Positions 21,894 to 31,163 of a stretch of 64,000 nt of DNA are shown here, piece after piece (within the stretch, counting starts at the first letter, position 1; every line of letters begins with the position of its first letter). The notes beneath the pieces were generated by a model. It worked only from the letters and a program-made list of their open reading frames with translations. It was not told the origin of the DNA and ran no database searches. The DNA is from Thermoanaerobaculia bacterium. Its GTDB lineage: Bacteria > Acidobacteriota > Thermoanaerobaculia > Multivoradales > Multivoraceae. The translations under genes were made by a program, and so were the position numbers. The stretch covers positions 2,255,957 to 2,319,956 of the forward strand of contig OZ220482.1 in assembly GCA_965116145.1 (NCBI GenBank). Direction: 5' to 3'.

Positions 21894-24389
21894 TCAGCGG
21901 AGGACGACTTCCGTCGCGCCGTCGCCGCCGGCGGAGGCGGGAGAGGGACCGTAATCGGCCACCGCCGGATGCCCTCGCAGGTGCTCGCGGACAGCCCGGC
22001 GAAGCCGGCCGCTGCCGTGACCATGCACCACCCGAACCCGTTCGCGGCCGGCAGCCAGCGCCCGATCCAGGTAGGCATCGAGGGAATCGAGCGCCGGATC
22101 GACCAACTGGCCGATCAGGAGCAATTCGGCCTCCACGGAGTCTGCCTGCGACCTCCGGACCTGAACCTCAGCGGGCGCCGAGCGACGGTCCTCGGCGACT
22201 GCCTCGAGGTCGGCGGCCGGAGCGCGGAGCCGCTTGCCGCGGACCAGCACCGTCGCCCGGGCGCCGCGAATCTCGGTGAGCTCGCCCACCCAGCCGAGGG
22301 AACGGTGCCGCACCCGGACGCCGGCAACCAGGGGACGGCGTTCCTCCGTTGCGGACGGCCCCTGCGACTCCCGATCCGGCGGCGTGTCGGCAGCGTCGGG
22401 CGCCTGGACCATGCGCTCGACCGCCGCCGACACGTCCCGGTCGAGTTCTCCGTGCAACGACGCCGCCACGCGGGCGAAGGCCCGCTTGCCCGGTACCCGA
22501 GAGGTCGAGGACAGCTCGGCAAGGGCCTGGTCCAGCCGCCGGCGATTGGCCCGGCGGAGAGCGTCGATCTCGCGGCCGAGGGCCTGGTCGAGGCGCTGCC
22601 TGGCGGCCCCGAGCGCCTCCCGCCGCGACTCGAGGCGGGCGCGGGCCGTCTCCGTCTCGGCAGTCAGCCGTGCAAGCTCCGCCTCCCGTGCGAGCAGCCG
22701 CTCCCGGAGCCGTTCGTTGCGCTCCAGCACCCGCCGCAGTTTCTGGTGCTCGGAGCCCAGAACATGCTCCGCCCGCTTGAGCCAGGCGGACGGCAGGCCG
22801 AGCCGCCGCGCCAGCGCCAGCGCCTGACTGCCTCCGGGCGGCCCGACGACCAGGCGGTAGGTGGGCAGCCCGCTGTCCGGGGCGAACCCCATCGCGGCGC
22901 AGGAGGCCGCCGGCGCCTCGAGGGCGGCGGCAGCGAGCTGGGTGAGATGGGTTGTCAGCACGCCGAGCGAACCGCGCTCGACCAGGCCTTCGAGCAGGGC
23001 GATACCGAGCGCCGCGCCTTCCTCCGGGTTGGTGCCGGCGCCGACCTCGTCGAGCAGCACAAGGGTGTTCGGGCCGGCGTGGCGCCACACCTCGCGCAGG
23101 CGCAGGAGACGCGCGCTGAACGTCGACCGTTCCTCGAGCACGCTCTGCTCGTCCCCGACCACCGCCACCACGCGGTCGAGGATCGGCAGTCGGCTGTCTC
23201 GAGCCGCCGGCACCGGCAGTCCGGCCTGGTTCATCAGGCACAGCAGCCCCGCCGTCTTCAGGGCGACCGTCTTGCCGCCGGCGTTCGGACCGGTCAGGAC
23301 CAGGGTTCGGTGATGGTCCAGTGTCAGGTCGAGCGGCACGACGCTGCTCCAGTTGCCGGCCGCTCCCAACGCCAGCTCCCTGCGGTCGGCGAGGCGCGGA
23401 TCGAGCAACGGGTGCCGGGCGCCGCGTAGCTCCAGCAGAGATGCGCTGCCGGCCGGGCCTGGCGGCGCGGCCGCCGCCAGCGCCGCGTCGACCTCGCCGG
23501 CGAAGCGCACCGCGGCCTGCATCGCGTCGACCGCGGCCAGAAAGTCGATGCGGGCAACGATCGCCGGCGCGAGCGCCCGCGCCTGCGCCACGAGATCGGC
23601 CAGGATGCGGGTGCGCTCGAAGTCCCGATCGGAGGCGATGCGCTCCAGTTCGTCGTTGCCCTCGACCACCTCCGAAGGTTCGAAGTAGAAGCTCCGACCC
23701 GAGGCGGACCGGCCCCGGACGAGCCCGCCGAGCCGGCCGCGGCTGCCCGCTGGCAGGAGCACCGACAGGCGGCCGCCCCGCATGGGAGTCGAGTCGTCGG
23801 CCAGCGAACTGCCGTGCTCGCGCACGTAGGCCAGAAGAGTCGCCTCGACCGAGGCCTGGGTACGGCGGGCGCTCCGGATCAGCAGCCGCAGGCGCGGCGT
23901 CGCGTCGTCCCGCACGCCTCCGCGCCGGTCCAGGGTGCGGCGCAGACGGCTTGCCAGGCCGGCACAGCCGCCGTCTCCCGCGGCGTCGACAGCCGCGGCA
24001 TCGACCTCCATCCGCCTCAGGGTGTCGACTTCGCCGGCGCACTGTGGCGTGGTCTCGGGGTCTCCGAGCCGACCGAGGATCTCCTCGCTGGTCTCGATCG
24101 CAGCCGCCAGGTCGAGCAGCTCCGGGCCGGCCAGCCCGCGAGCATCCCCTTCGAGGTGATCGCGCAGATCGAGAAGCCCGTCGAGCGACGGCGCCAGGAC
24201 TCCGCCTCGTTCGGTCTCCCGGGCGATCTCGGCGTAGCGAGCCCGGCGCCGATCGATCTCGGCAGGATCGGTCTCCGGCGCGATCGCCCGCACCGCCCGA
24301 CTGCCGGCGTCCGTGGATGCGAAACCGGCCAGAACGGCCAGCAGCGACGGAAACTCGAGTGCCTCGGACGTTGCGCTGCTGCAGACCAT
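21894..24389 (-). CDS. mutS2: MutS2 (endonuclease/ribosome-collision ATPase) with C-terminal Smr domain
   Basis: GPNAGGKT, STFSA, LLDEVGAGTNPEEG, KOW-like region, VVHGHGSGRL...GGDGAT. Confidence 0.93.
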   Translation of the reverse strand: MVCSSATSEALEFPSLLAVLAGFASTDAGSRAVRAIAPETDPAEIDRRRARYAEIARETERGGVLAPSLDGLLDLRDHLEGDARGLAGPELLDLAAAIETSEEILGRLGDPETTPQCAGEVDTLRRMEVDAAAVDAAGDGGCAGLASRLRRTLDRRGGVRDDATPRLRLLIRSARRTQASVEATLLAYVREHGSSLADDSTPMRGGRLSVLLPAGSRGRLGGLVRGRSASGRSFYFEPSEVVEGNDELERIASDRDFERTRILADLVAQARALAPAIVARIDFLAAVDAMQAAVRFAGEVDAALAAAAPPGPAGSASLLELRGARHPLLDPRLADRRELALGAAGNWSSVVPLDLTLDHHRTLVLTGPNAGGKTVALKTAGLLCLMNQAGLPVPAARDSRLPILDRVVAVVGDEQSVLEERSTFSARLLRLREVWRHAGPNTLVLLDEVGAGTNPEEGAALGIALLEGLVERGSLGVLTTHLTQLAAAALEAPAASCAAMGFAPDSGLPTYRLVVGPPGGSQALALARRLGLPSAWLKRAEHVLGSEHQKLRRVLERNERLRERLLAREAELARLTAETETARARLESRREALGAARQRLDQALGREIDALRRANRRRLDQALAELSSTSRVPGKRAFARVAASLHGELDRDVSAAVERMVQAPDAADTPPDRESQGPSATEERRPLVAGVRVRHRSLGWVGELTEIRGARATVLVRGKRLRAPAADLEAVAEDRRSAPAEVQVRRSQADSVEAELLLIGQLVDPALDSLDAYLDRALAAGRERVRVVHGHGSGRLRRAVREHLRGHPAVADYGPSPASAGGDGATEVVLR

Positions 24390-24394
24390 CGGTG

Positions 24395-24461
24395 CCGTCC
24401 GCGGTGGAAGTGCAGGCGGCGCCGGGAGCCGTCGGGTAGCCCGTGCCGCAGATCGCTACAG
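24395..24461 (+). mobile_element. MITE-like family A, degenerate left half just upstream of mutS2
   Basis: CCGTCCGCGGTGGAAGTGC...GCCCGTGCCGCAGATCGCTACAG aligns collinearly (about 70% by eye) with 41612-41677. Confidence 0.55.
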
Positions 24462-24517
24462 ATGAGCCTGCAGAGCGCCTCCACGCCCTCGACGGGGCCG
24501 CGCCCGGAACCGCTGAC

Positions 24518-24727
24518 TCAGGCGAGACCGGCGCGTCGCTCGTCGGCCAGGCGACGCAGCATCTTCTTGCGAGCCTGCACGACCTTGCGCTTCCGCTTGA
24601 CCGAGGGCTTCTCGAAGTGCTGACGCTTCTTGAGCTCCGTCAGAATGCCCTCCTTCTCGCACTTCCGCTTGAAGCGGCGAAGCGCGTTCTCGAAGCTCTC
24701 GTCCTCGCGTACCTGCACAACCGGCAT
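24518..24727 (-). CDS. rpsU: 30S ribosomal protein S21
   Basis: [27 protein letters not shown]...FEKPSVKRK. Confidence 0.97.
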   Translation of the reverse strand: MPVVQVREDESFENALRRFKRKCEKEGILTELKKRQHFEKPSVKRKRKVVQARKKMLRRLADERRAGLA

Positions 24728-24813
24728 GACGTGATCTCGTTTCCTGTAGTCCAGCAGGCTCAAGCCCGGATAGCCCGCAACCGGCCACGCAAGACAGCCC
24801 GCGAGCGCCCCGC

Positions 24814-24842
24814 ATTCTGCAACGGCCTGCGGGCCGCGTCAA
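24814..24842 (-). promoter_or_regulatory. Sigma70 promoter of rpsU-mutS2-dnaG-rpoD
   Basis: TTGACG-17 bp-CAGAAT on the minus strand. Confidence 0.55.
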
Positions 24843-24884
24843 GGACTCTCCTGGCAGGATGCCTGCTCCTTCTGTGCTTCCTCG

Positions 24885-25724
24885 CTACTCTTCCCCGGTC
24901 TCGCCCTTCACCGCGTTGAAGTCGGTGCGGTAGACCTTCCCCGTGCCTTCGCGGAAGAACACGCCGACCGCGGCGTTCTTGCCGTGCTCTCCGGGGTCCT
25001 TGGGGTAGAACCAGGCGAACACGTCCTCGTCGTCGAACTCCCGGAAGTTGCGGTGGAAGACCTTGCCGAGCTGCGCCTCGACCTCGGCCGCGGTCATTCC
25101 GTTCTTCACCTGCGCGAATCGTTCGGCAGTGATGTAGCGGTCAGCCTGGTACCTGGCCAGCCGTTCCTGGACGTCGGCGTTGTCGGGATCAACGGCCAGG
25201 GCCCCTTCAAGGATGTCGACGGCGCGCCGGTAGTCGCCGCCCATCACCACGTATTCCTCGGCCAGGATCAGGTCCTCGGAGCTCTTCATGGCGAACGCGG
25301 CCCGCTGCTCTTCGGTCATCTCGCCGCCGAGTTCCCAGTTCGCTTCGTTGATGTAGTTGACCAGCTTGGCCGAGAACGCCTCGCCGTCGGTGCCGATCTC
25401 GATGTCCAGAGCGTCCATCTCCGCGGTGAGAGCCTCGACGTCGTCGCCCTCGCCCGCAACGTCGATCTGCTCGCGGAGTGCCGACAGTTCGTCGCGCTTC
25501 GCGTTCAGGGCCGCCTGGTCTTCCTGCAGCTCGACCCACGCATCGGCGCGTGCGACGGCGATGCGCTCCTCCTCGGAGGGCCCGCACGCACCCAGTGAAG
25601 CGAACAGGACGACGACCGAAGCGTGAGCGGCGAAACGCCGCGCCCTGCCCGGCCGCCCGTGGAGAAAGTGCGGGTCGAACGCAGCCCGACTTCCGCCACG
25701 GGCTGCTGGAGTGGATCTCGACAT
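24885..25724 (-). CDS. Lipoprotein with coiled coil, TPR-like segment and C-terminal SmpA/OmlA (BamE-like) domain
   Basis: AAGGAGG RBS; lipobox LGAC; ERFAQVKNGMTAAEVEAQLG...WFY. Confidence 0.75.
   Translation of the reverse strand: MSRSTPAARGGSRAAFDPHFLHGRPGRARRFAAHASVVVLFASLGACGPSEEERIAVARADAWVELQEDQAALNAKRDELSALREQIDVAGEGDDVEALTAEMDALDIEIGTDGEAFSAKLVNYINEANWELGGEMTEEQRAAFAMKSSEDLILAEEYVVMGGDYRRAVDILEGALAVDPDNADVQERLARYQADRYITAERFAQVKNGMTAAEVEAQLGKVFHRNFREFDDEDVFAWFYPKDPGEHGKNAAVGVFFREGTGKVYRTDFNAVKGETGEE
25653..25705 (+). mobile_element. MITE-like family A minimal copy (53 bp) inside a coding sequence
   Basis: TIRs CCGCCCGTGGAGAAAGT / ACTTCCGCCACGGGCTG, flanked by CCGG / CTGG. Confidence 0.75.
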
Positions 25725-25843
25725 GTCTGACGCCTCCTTGTACCGCCCGGGTCCGTGGCGCGGACTATACCCCAAGGCGGTCGCAGCAGGAGTACCGACG
25801 AGAGTTGCGGGATATACTCCGTCGCTGCGCTCAACGGCCCTCG

Positions 25844-25916
25844 GGGTCCATAGCTCAGCGGTTAGAGCATCCGGCTCATAACCGGCAGGTCCCTGGTTCG
25901 AATCCAGGTGGACCCA
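25844..25916 (+). tRNA. tRNA with CAU anticodon, probably tRNA-Ile2 (lysidine); CCA not encoded
   Basis: GGGTCCA/TGGACCC acceptor stem, loop CTCATAA, no initiator features; followed by CAC; TATACT at 25813-25818. Confidence 0.9.
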
Positions 25917-26028
25917 CACCGCGAACTGCGGAGCCTGCGATCGCCACTCACCAAGCAATCTCAGAACGATCGGCGGACCCTGAAGCCGTCGGGACGGCGA
26001 AGCCGGTCGAGCTTCGGAACGGAGCGGA

Positions 26029-26769
26029 ATGGAAAGAGTCCTCGACACGATCGTAGAGCTGCAGCGGGCGAGCACGGAGCTCGCCCGTTGTCGTGCCTTG
26101 CTGGACGGAGTTCCCGAATCGATGCAGGAACTCCACGACGAACACGAGCGTCAACAGAGCGAGATCGAGCAGCTCGAGCAGGACTGCCAGCAGGCCGAAC
26201 TCGAGCGCCGCGCCGCGGAAGCTGAAGCGGCGACGGGGAAGGAGAGCATCGAGCGCTACCAGGAGCAGACCGCCCGGGTGACGACCCAACGCGAGTACGG
26301 CGCGCTCCTGAGCGAGATCGACACCGTGCGGGCCAGGATGCGGGAAGCGGACGAGGAGGCGCTGCAGGCGATCGAACGGCAGGAGGCGGCAACGACCCGG
26401 CTCGACGACGTCCGCGACCGGTTCGGAACCGTCGACCGGGAGTACCAGAAGCAGCTTGCCGCGTGGGAACAGCAGAAGCCCGAGATGCGCAAGCAGGTGG
26501 AGGTGCTCGAGGGGCGGATCGACGCGCTCCGTGAACGCCTGCCGCCGGCGGTGCTGCTCCAGTACGAACGCCTCTTCGAGCGCCACGACGGCTCGCCGCT
26601 GGCGGCCATTCGGGTCGTGGAGGGCGCCGGCCCCCCGATCCGGCACTGTTCGTTCTGCAACTACCGGACGCGGCCCCAGGTGGTCGTGCAGATCCAGACC
26701 CAGGGCGCTCTCGTACCCTGCGATTCCTGCCAGCGGATCCTGTATCTGGACGACGGAGCCGCCGACTGA
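26029..26769 (+). CDS. Coiled-coil protein with C4-type zinc ribbon (DUF164/CT398-like)
   Basis: Long coiled coil, REYGALLSEI, CSFC...CDSCQRILY. Confidence 0.9.
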   Translation: MERVLDTIVELQRASTELARCRALLDGVPESMQELHDEHERQQSEIEQLEQDCQQAELERRAAEAEAATGKESIERYQEQTARVTTQREYGALLSEIDTVRARMREADEEALQAIERQEAATTRLDDVRDRFGTVDREYQKQLAAWEQQKPEMRKQVEVLEGRIDALRERLPPAVLLQYERLFERHDGSPLAAIRVVEGAGPPIRHCSFCNYRTRPQVVVQIQTQGALVPCDSCQRILYLDDGAAD

Positions 26770-27500
26770 ACGAGGCATCGGGCAGGACCGCTGGCGAACG
26801 GTACTCGGAGATCGCCGCACGGCTGGCGGCTGCCTGCCGCCAGGCCGGCCGGCAGCCGGCCGATGTCGCCATCATCGGCGCCTGCAAGCGCCAGCCGCTT
26901 GACCGCATCACGGAAGCGCTGGATGCGGGGCTCCGGATCCTCGGCGAGAACCAGGTCCAGGAGGGCGAGGCGCATCGCGCGGCGCTGCTCGAGTCCGGCT
27001 ACGCCGACCGGATCGAATGGCATCTGATCGGGCCGCTGCAGACAAACAAGGCGGCGCGCGCCAGCGCCGCGTTCGACGTCTTCGGGGCGGTCGACCGGCC
27101 GCGGATCGCGGAACGGCTCGACCGGGTTCTCGGGCGCCGTGGTCAGGGCGTCCGCACCTGCCTGCTCGAAGTGAACATCGGACGCGAACCCGGCAAGCAC
27201 GGATTCCTGCCCGACGAAACGGAAGCGATGCTGCGAATCGGCGAGCTGGAACACCTGAGAGTCCGCGGCCTGATGGCCATTCCTCCGCGGCGTTCCGACC
27301 CGCGCCGCGCCCGCTCCGACTTCGCCGCTCTCCGGCGCCTGCGCGACCGGCTGGCCCGGCGTGGACTGTTCGGCGATCGGGACGGCTGGCTGTCGATGGG
27401 CATGAGCGCCGACTACGACCTTGCAGTCCTCGAGGGCGCCACCCACGTGCGGATCGGATCGGCCCTGTTCGGTCCGCGGCCGCCGCGCGAGCCGCTCTGA
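26766..27500 (+). CDS. yggS: PLP homeostasis protein YggS/PLPBP (probable CTG start)
   Basis: Open frame from 26766: IAARLAAAC...IGACKRQP, GENQVQE, WHLIGPLQTNK, GLMAIPP, LSMGMSAD, GATHVRIGSALFG. Confidence 0.92.
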   Translation: MNEASGRTAGERYSEIAARLAAACRQAGRQPADVAIIGACKRQPLDRITEALDAGLRILGENQVQEGEAHRAALLESGYADRIEWHLIGPLQTNKAARASAAFDVFGAVDRPRIAERLDRVLGRRGQGVRTCLLEVNIGREPGKHGFLPDETEAMLRIGELEHLRVRGLMAIPPRRSDPRRARSDFAALRRLRDRLARRGLFGDRDGWLSMGMSADYDLAVLEGATHVRIGSALFGPRPPREPL

Positions 27501-27531
27501 GTGCTGTTCGAGTGCTGCTAGCGTTCCCCCC

Positions 27532-29304
27532 TTGGAGACCCTGTCCGATCTGGTCCGCCTGGTCGCCGAGCGCTACGGCCGCCGCGAGGCCCTGCTGTCC
27601 ATTCGGCGCCATGGCCGGACGGAGTCGCTTTCCGCCCGGGAGTTCATCGACGGCGTCTGCCGGACCGCGACGGCGCTCGAAGCGCACGGCGTGGCCAAGG
27701 GCGACCGGGTGGCGCTGTTCGCGGCCAACCGACCGGAATGGCACATCGTCGACTTTGCCTGTCACCTCCTGGGCGCGGTGTCCGTGCCGCTCTATCCGAC
27801 GCTCAACGCACCCCAGGTCGCCTACATCCTGCTCGACTGCGGCGCCGGCTGGGTCTTCTTCGGTGACCGGGCGAAGCGCGATCTGCTTGCCCGGATCGTT
27901 CCGCAGGACGCCGACGAGAACGGCAGCGACCAGCAGGGCCTGCGGCTGGTGGCCCTGGATGCCGACGCCGCGGCCGAAGACGGCGCCCATCTCGACGCCC
28001 TGATCGCCAGCACGCCGCCCACGACGGACGCAGACCCTGCCGCCTTCGGCGGGCGGGTCGGCCCGCACGACCCGGCGAGCATCATCTACACCTCCGGCAC
28101 CACCGGCGAGCCGAAGGGGGTCGTCCTGTCGCACCGGAACTTCGTCTCGAACATCCTCGCCTGCCAGGACCTCTACCCCCTGGGCGAAGCGGATCAGGCG
28201 CTCTCCTTCCTGCCGCTTTCCCACGTCTTCGAGCGCACCGTCGACTACCTCTTCTTCTACCGCGGGGTGTCGATCCACTACTCCCCCGCCATCGAGAGGG
28301 TCGCCGGCCTGCTGCCGGAGGTGCGGCCGACCGTCCTGTGTTCGGTGCCGAGGCTCTACGAAAGCGCCTACGTGCGCATTCAGGGCACGTTCGCCAAGCA
28401 GCCTGCGACGCGCCGGCGGCTGATCGGTTGGGCCCTCAAGGTCGGCAAGCGGCGGGCCGAACGCGGCGGAGCGGCGCTCCAGGGCCTGGTCGCCGACCGC
28501 CTCGTGTTCCGCAGGATCAGGGAGCGGTTCGGGGGCCGCCTGCGATTTGCCATCTCCGGCGGCGCCGCCATCGCCAACGAGGTCGCCGAGTTCTTCGACG
28601 CAATCGGCATCCGTCTCTACCAGGGCTACGGACTGACCGAGACCGCGCCGGTTCTCGCCGTGGAGCGTCCCGGCGCGTCCCGACGCGGTTCGGTCGGAAC
28701 GGCCGCTCCCGGCGTGGAACTCCGCATTGCGGAAGACGGCGAGATCCTCGCCCGCACCGAGGGCCTGATGCAGGGCTACTGGAACCAGCCCGAAGCCACC
28801 GCGGCAGTGGTCGACCCGGATCGCTGGTTCCATACCGGCGACATCGGACGCCTGGATGACGACGGCTACCTGTACATCACGGACCGCAAGAAGGACCTCC
28901 TGGTGACCAGCGGCGGCAAGAACATCGCGCCTCAGCCGATCGAACAGATGCTCGTCACCCACCCGGCGGTCGCCCAGGTGGTCGTGGTCGGCGACGGCTA
29001 CCCGTATCTCAACGCCCTGATCGCGCCCAACTACACGGAACCGCCCGAGCCCTTCGCCGGACTCGAGCCGGTCGAATTCCGGCAGGATCCGCGCCTCCAC
29101 GAGATCGTCCAGAACCTGGTCGACCGAGCGAACGAGCGGCTGCCGGCACACGAACGTGTGCGCCGTTTCCGCCTGCTCGAGCGGGAGCTGTCGATCGAGG
29201 AGGGCGAGATCACACCGACGCTGAAGGTGCGCAGGAAGATCGTCAACGAGCGCTACCGCGACGTCATCGCCTCCATGTACCTCAAGAGCCAGCGCGTCGG
29301 CTGA
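27532..29304 (+). CDS. Long-chain fatty acid-CoA ligase (AMP-dependent)
   Basis: YTSGTTGEPKG, QGYGLTET, HTGDIG, DRKKDLLVTSGGKNIAP, TPTLKVRR; TTG start uncertain. Confidence 0.92.
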   Translation: METLSDLVRLVAERYGRREALLSIRRHGRTESLSAREFIDGVCRTATALEAHGVAKGDRVALFAANRPEWHIVDFACHLLGAVSVPLYPTLNAPQVAYILLDCGAGWVFFGDRAKRDLLARIVPQDADENGSDQQGLRLVALDADAAAEDGAHLDALIASTPPTTDADPAAFGGRVGPHDPASIIYTSGTTGEPKGVVLSHRNFVSNILACQDLYPLGEADQALSFLPLSHVFERTVDYLFFYRGVSIHYSPAIERVAGLLPEVRPTVLCSVPRLYESAYVRIQGTFAKQPATRRRLIGWALKVGKRRAERGGAALQGLVADRLVFRRIRERFGGRLRFAISGGAAIANEVAEFFDAIGIRLYQGYGLTETAPVLAVERPGASRRGSVGTAAPGVELRIAEDGEILARTEGLMQGYWNQPEATAAVVDPDRWFHTGDIGRLDDDGYLYITDRKKDLLVTSGGKNIAPQPIEQMLVTHPAVAQVVVVGDGYPYLNALIAPNYTEPPEPFAGLEPVEFRQDPRLHEIVQNLVDRANERLPAHERVRRFRLLERELSIEEGEITPTLKVRRKIVNERYRDVIASMYLKSQRVG

Positions 29305-29432
29305 GACCGAGCCAGCCGGCCGCGGCCCGGGGGTCGCTCAGGCCTCGGCCGGGCGGGCGCCCAAGGCCGACTCGACCCGGTGTCGGCGGCGCCGGCATGC
29401 CCTCGCTGCGGACCTCCGAGGGGAGTTGCGGG

Positions 29433-29747
29433 TCAGTTGACGCTGCCGGACGGATCGGTCGGGTCCGGCGCCTCCTCGATCACTCCGTGAACCTCCTCGT
29501 AGCGTTGCAGGTTCGCGCCCAGCGCCCGGATGATCCGCTTGAGGTGCCCGGGACTGGTCACGATCCGGGCGCTGACGATGCCCTGGGGCGGAACCACGTT
29601 GATGAAGTCGAGGATGAACTCCTCCCGGGTGTGGGTAATCCGCAGCAGGTTGGAGTACGTCCCCTTGAGCTCGGCGTCTCCGATCTTGACGTTGATCGAC
29701 GAGGACACCTCCTCGTCGCCTGTTCCTTCCCTCGGTTCGTCGCTCAT
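29433..29747 (-). CDS. DUF3467 family protein
   Basis: GTYSNLLRITHTREEFILDF...ARIVTSPGHLKRI; ATGA overlap with wzt. Confidence 0.85.
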   Translation of the reverse strand: MSDEPREGTGDEEVSSSINVKIGDAELKGTYSNLLRITHTREEFILDFINVVPPQGIVSARIVTSPGHLKRIIRALGANLQRYEEVHGVIEEAPDPTDPSGSVN

Positions 29748-31162
29748 TCGATCCTCCGTTCGTCGCCGGCCGGTTGGCCGGGTGCATGCCAGTCGATGGC
29801 CGTTCGTGGTTCGTCGCCTTCCGCCCGTTCCCCGTCGATCCGCGCGCCCAGCGTCGCCACCTGCCACCGATGCTCGGGCAGGTAGAGACCGATGCTCCTG
29901 GACACTGTGCTCTCGGCCACCGTGAAGCGAAGCGCCTGGCGCCGGTAATCGTACGCCCTGCCGTCGCGGGCGTGCACGGCGACATCCACCGTGTACTCGC
30001 CCGGCGCCAGCCGGAGCTCCGGACAGATGAGCCGAACCCGGACCGGACCGGACAGGAGACGCGGCCGGAAGCCGGCCAGGTCGGTGTTCGTGCCCCAGCA
30101 GTCGATGCCCCGCGGCGTCCTGACGCCGACGCCGAAGACGAAGTCGGAGAGTTCCTCGCGCGGCTCGACCTCGAGTTCGAAGACCGCCGCTTCCCCGCTG
30201 CACAGGTGGTAGCGCTCTTCCCGCTCACCGCCAGCAAGCAGGCGCACCGCCACGATCTCCGCCTGGCGCGAGCCCCAGCGCAGCTTCCCGGAGACGGCAG
30301 CCGCGCTCGCCGGTTCCTCTGTCCCGCCTTCCTCCGCCGCCTGCGCAGCCGCCGGAACGGCGCCGCTTCCGGCTGTCGGCAAGCGGTGACGGCCATGGGC
30401 CTGGCCCTCGCGCGACGCCACCGACTCCAGGTAGGCATCGATGACTCGACGCGTCGATCCCAGACCGCGGACGCGCCCGCGGTCGAGCCATATCGCCCGG
30501 TCGCAGATGCGGTCGATCAGCGTCATCGTGTGGCTGACCACCAGCAGAGTGCCGCCGCCGGCGAGATGTTCCTCGATCCGTGCCAGACACCGGTGGACGA
30601 ACTCCTCGTCGCCCACCGCGAGGACCTCGTCGACGAGGAGGATGTCGGGGTCGGTGTGGATCGCGACCGAGAAGCCGAGCCGGACGTACATGCCCGAGGA
30701 GTAGTACTTGATCGGTTCCTCGATGACGTCGGCCAGCCCTGCGAACTCCACGATGTCGTCGTACCGCTGCTCGATCCGACGACGACTCGACCCGAGCAGC
30801 GCGCCGTTGATGAAGATGTTCTCGCGTCCCGAGATCTCGGGGTGAAAGCCGGCGCCGAGTTCGATCAGGGCCGCCGCACGGCCGGTCACCGAGAGCCTGC
30901 CGGACGTCGGCCGCAGCAGACCCGCGACCAGCTTGATCAGGGTCGACTTGCCTGAGCCGTTGCCGCCGATGATCCCGACCGCTTCGCCGGCAGCAACGTC
31001 GAACGTGACGTCGGCCAAGGCCTCGACGACATCGGTCGAGGCCAGACCGCCGGTCAGGCTGCGTTCGAGCAGGGCGCTCTTCAGCGTCCGCAGCCGATAG
31101 CCGCCGGCAGCGCGGCGGTAGCGTTTGCACAGGCCGCTTGCCGAGATCGCCTCCGACTTCAA
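29744..31162 (-). CDS. wzt: Polysaccharide ABC exporter ATP-binding protein with Wzt C-terminal domain
   Basis: GGNGSGKST, GAGFHPEISGREN, YSSGMYVRLGF, DEVLAVGD; C-terminal beta domain. Confidence 0.92.
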   Translation of the reverse strand: MKSEAISASGLCKRYRRAAGGYRLRTLKSALLERSLTGGLASTDVVEALADVTFDVAAGEAVGIIGGNGSGKSTLIKLVAGLLRPTSGRLSVTGRAAALIELGAGFHPEISGRENIFINGALLGSSRRRIEQRYDDIVEFAGLADVIEEPIKYYSSGMYVRLGFSVAIHTDPDILLVDEVLAVGDEEFVHRCLARIEEHLAGGGTLLVVSHTMTLIDRICDRAIWLDRGRVRGLGSTRRVIDAYLESVASREGQAHGRHRLPTAGSGAVPAAAQAAEEGGTEEPASAAAVSGKLRWGSRQAEIVAVRLLAGGEREERYHLCSGEAAVFELEVEPREELSDFVFGVGVRTPRGIDCWGTNTDLAGFRPRLLSGPVRVRLICPELRLAPGEYTVDVAVHARDGRAYDYRRQALRFTVAESTVSRSIGLYLPEHRWQVATLGARIDGERAEGDEPRTAIDWHAPGQPAGDERRIE

Positions 31163-31163
31163 G

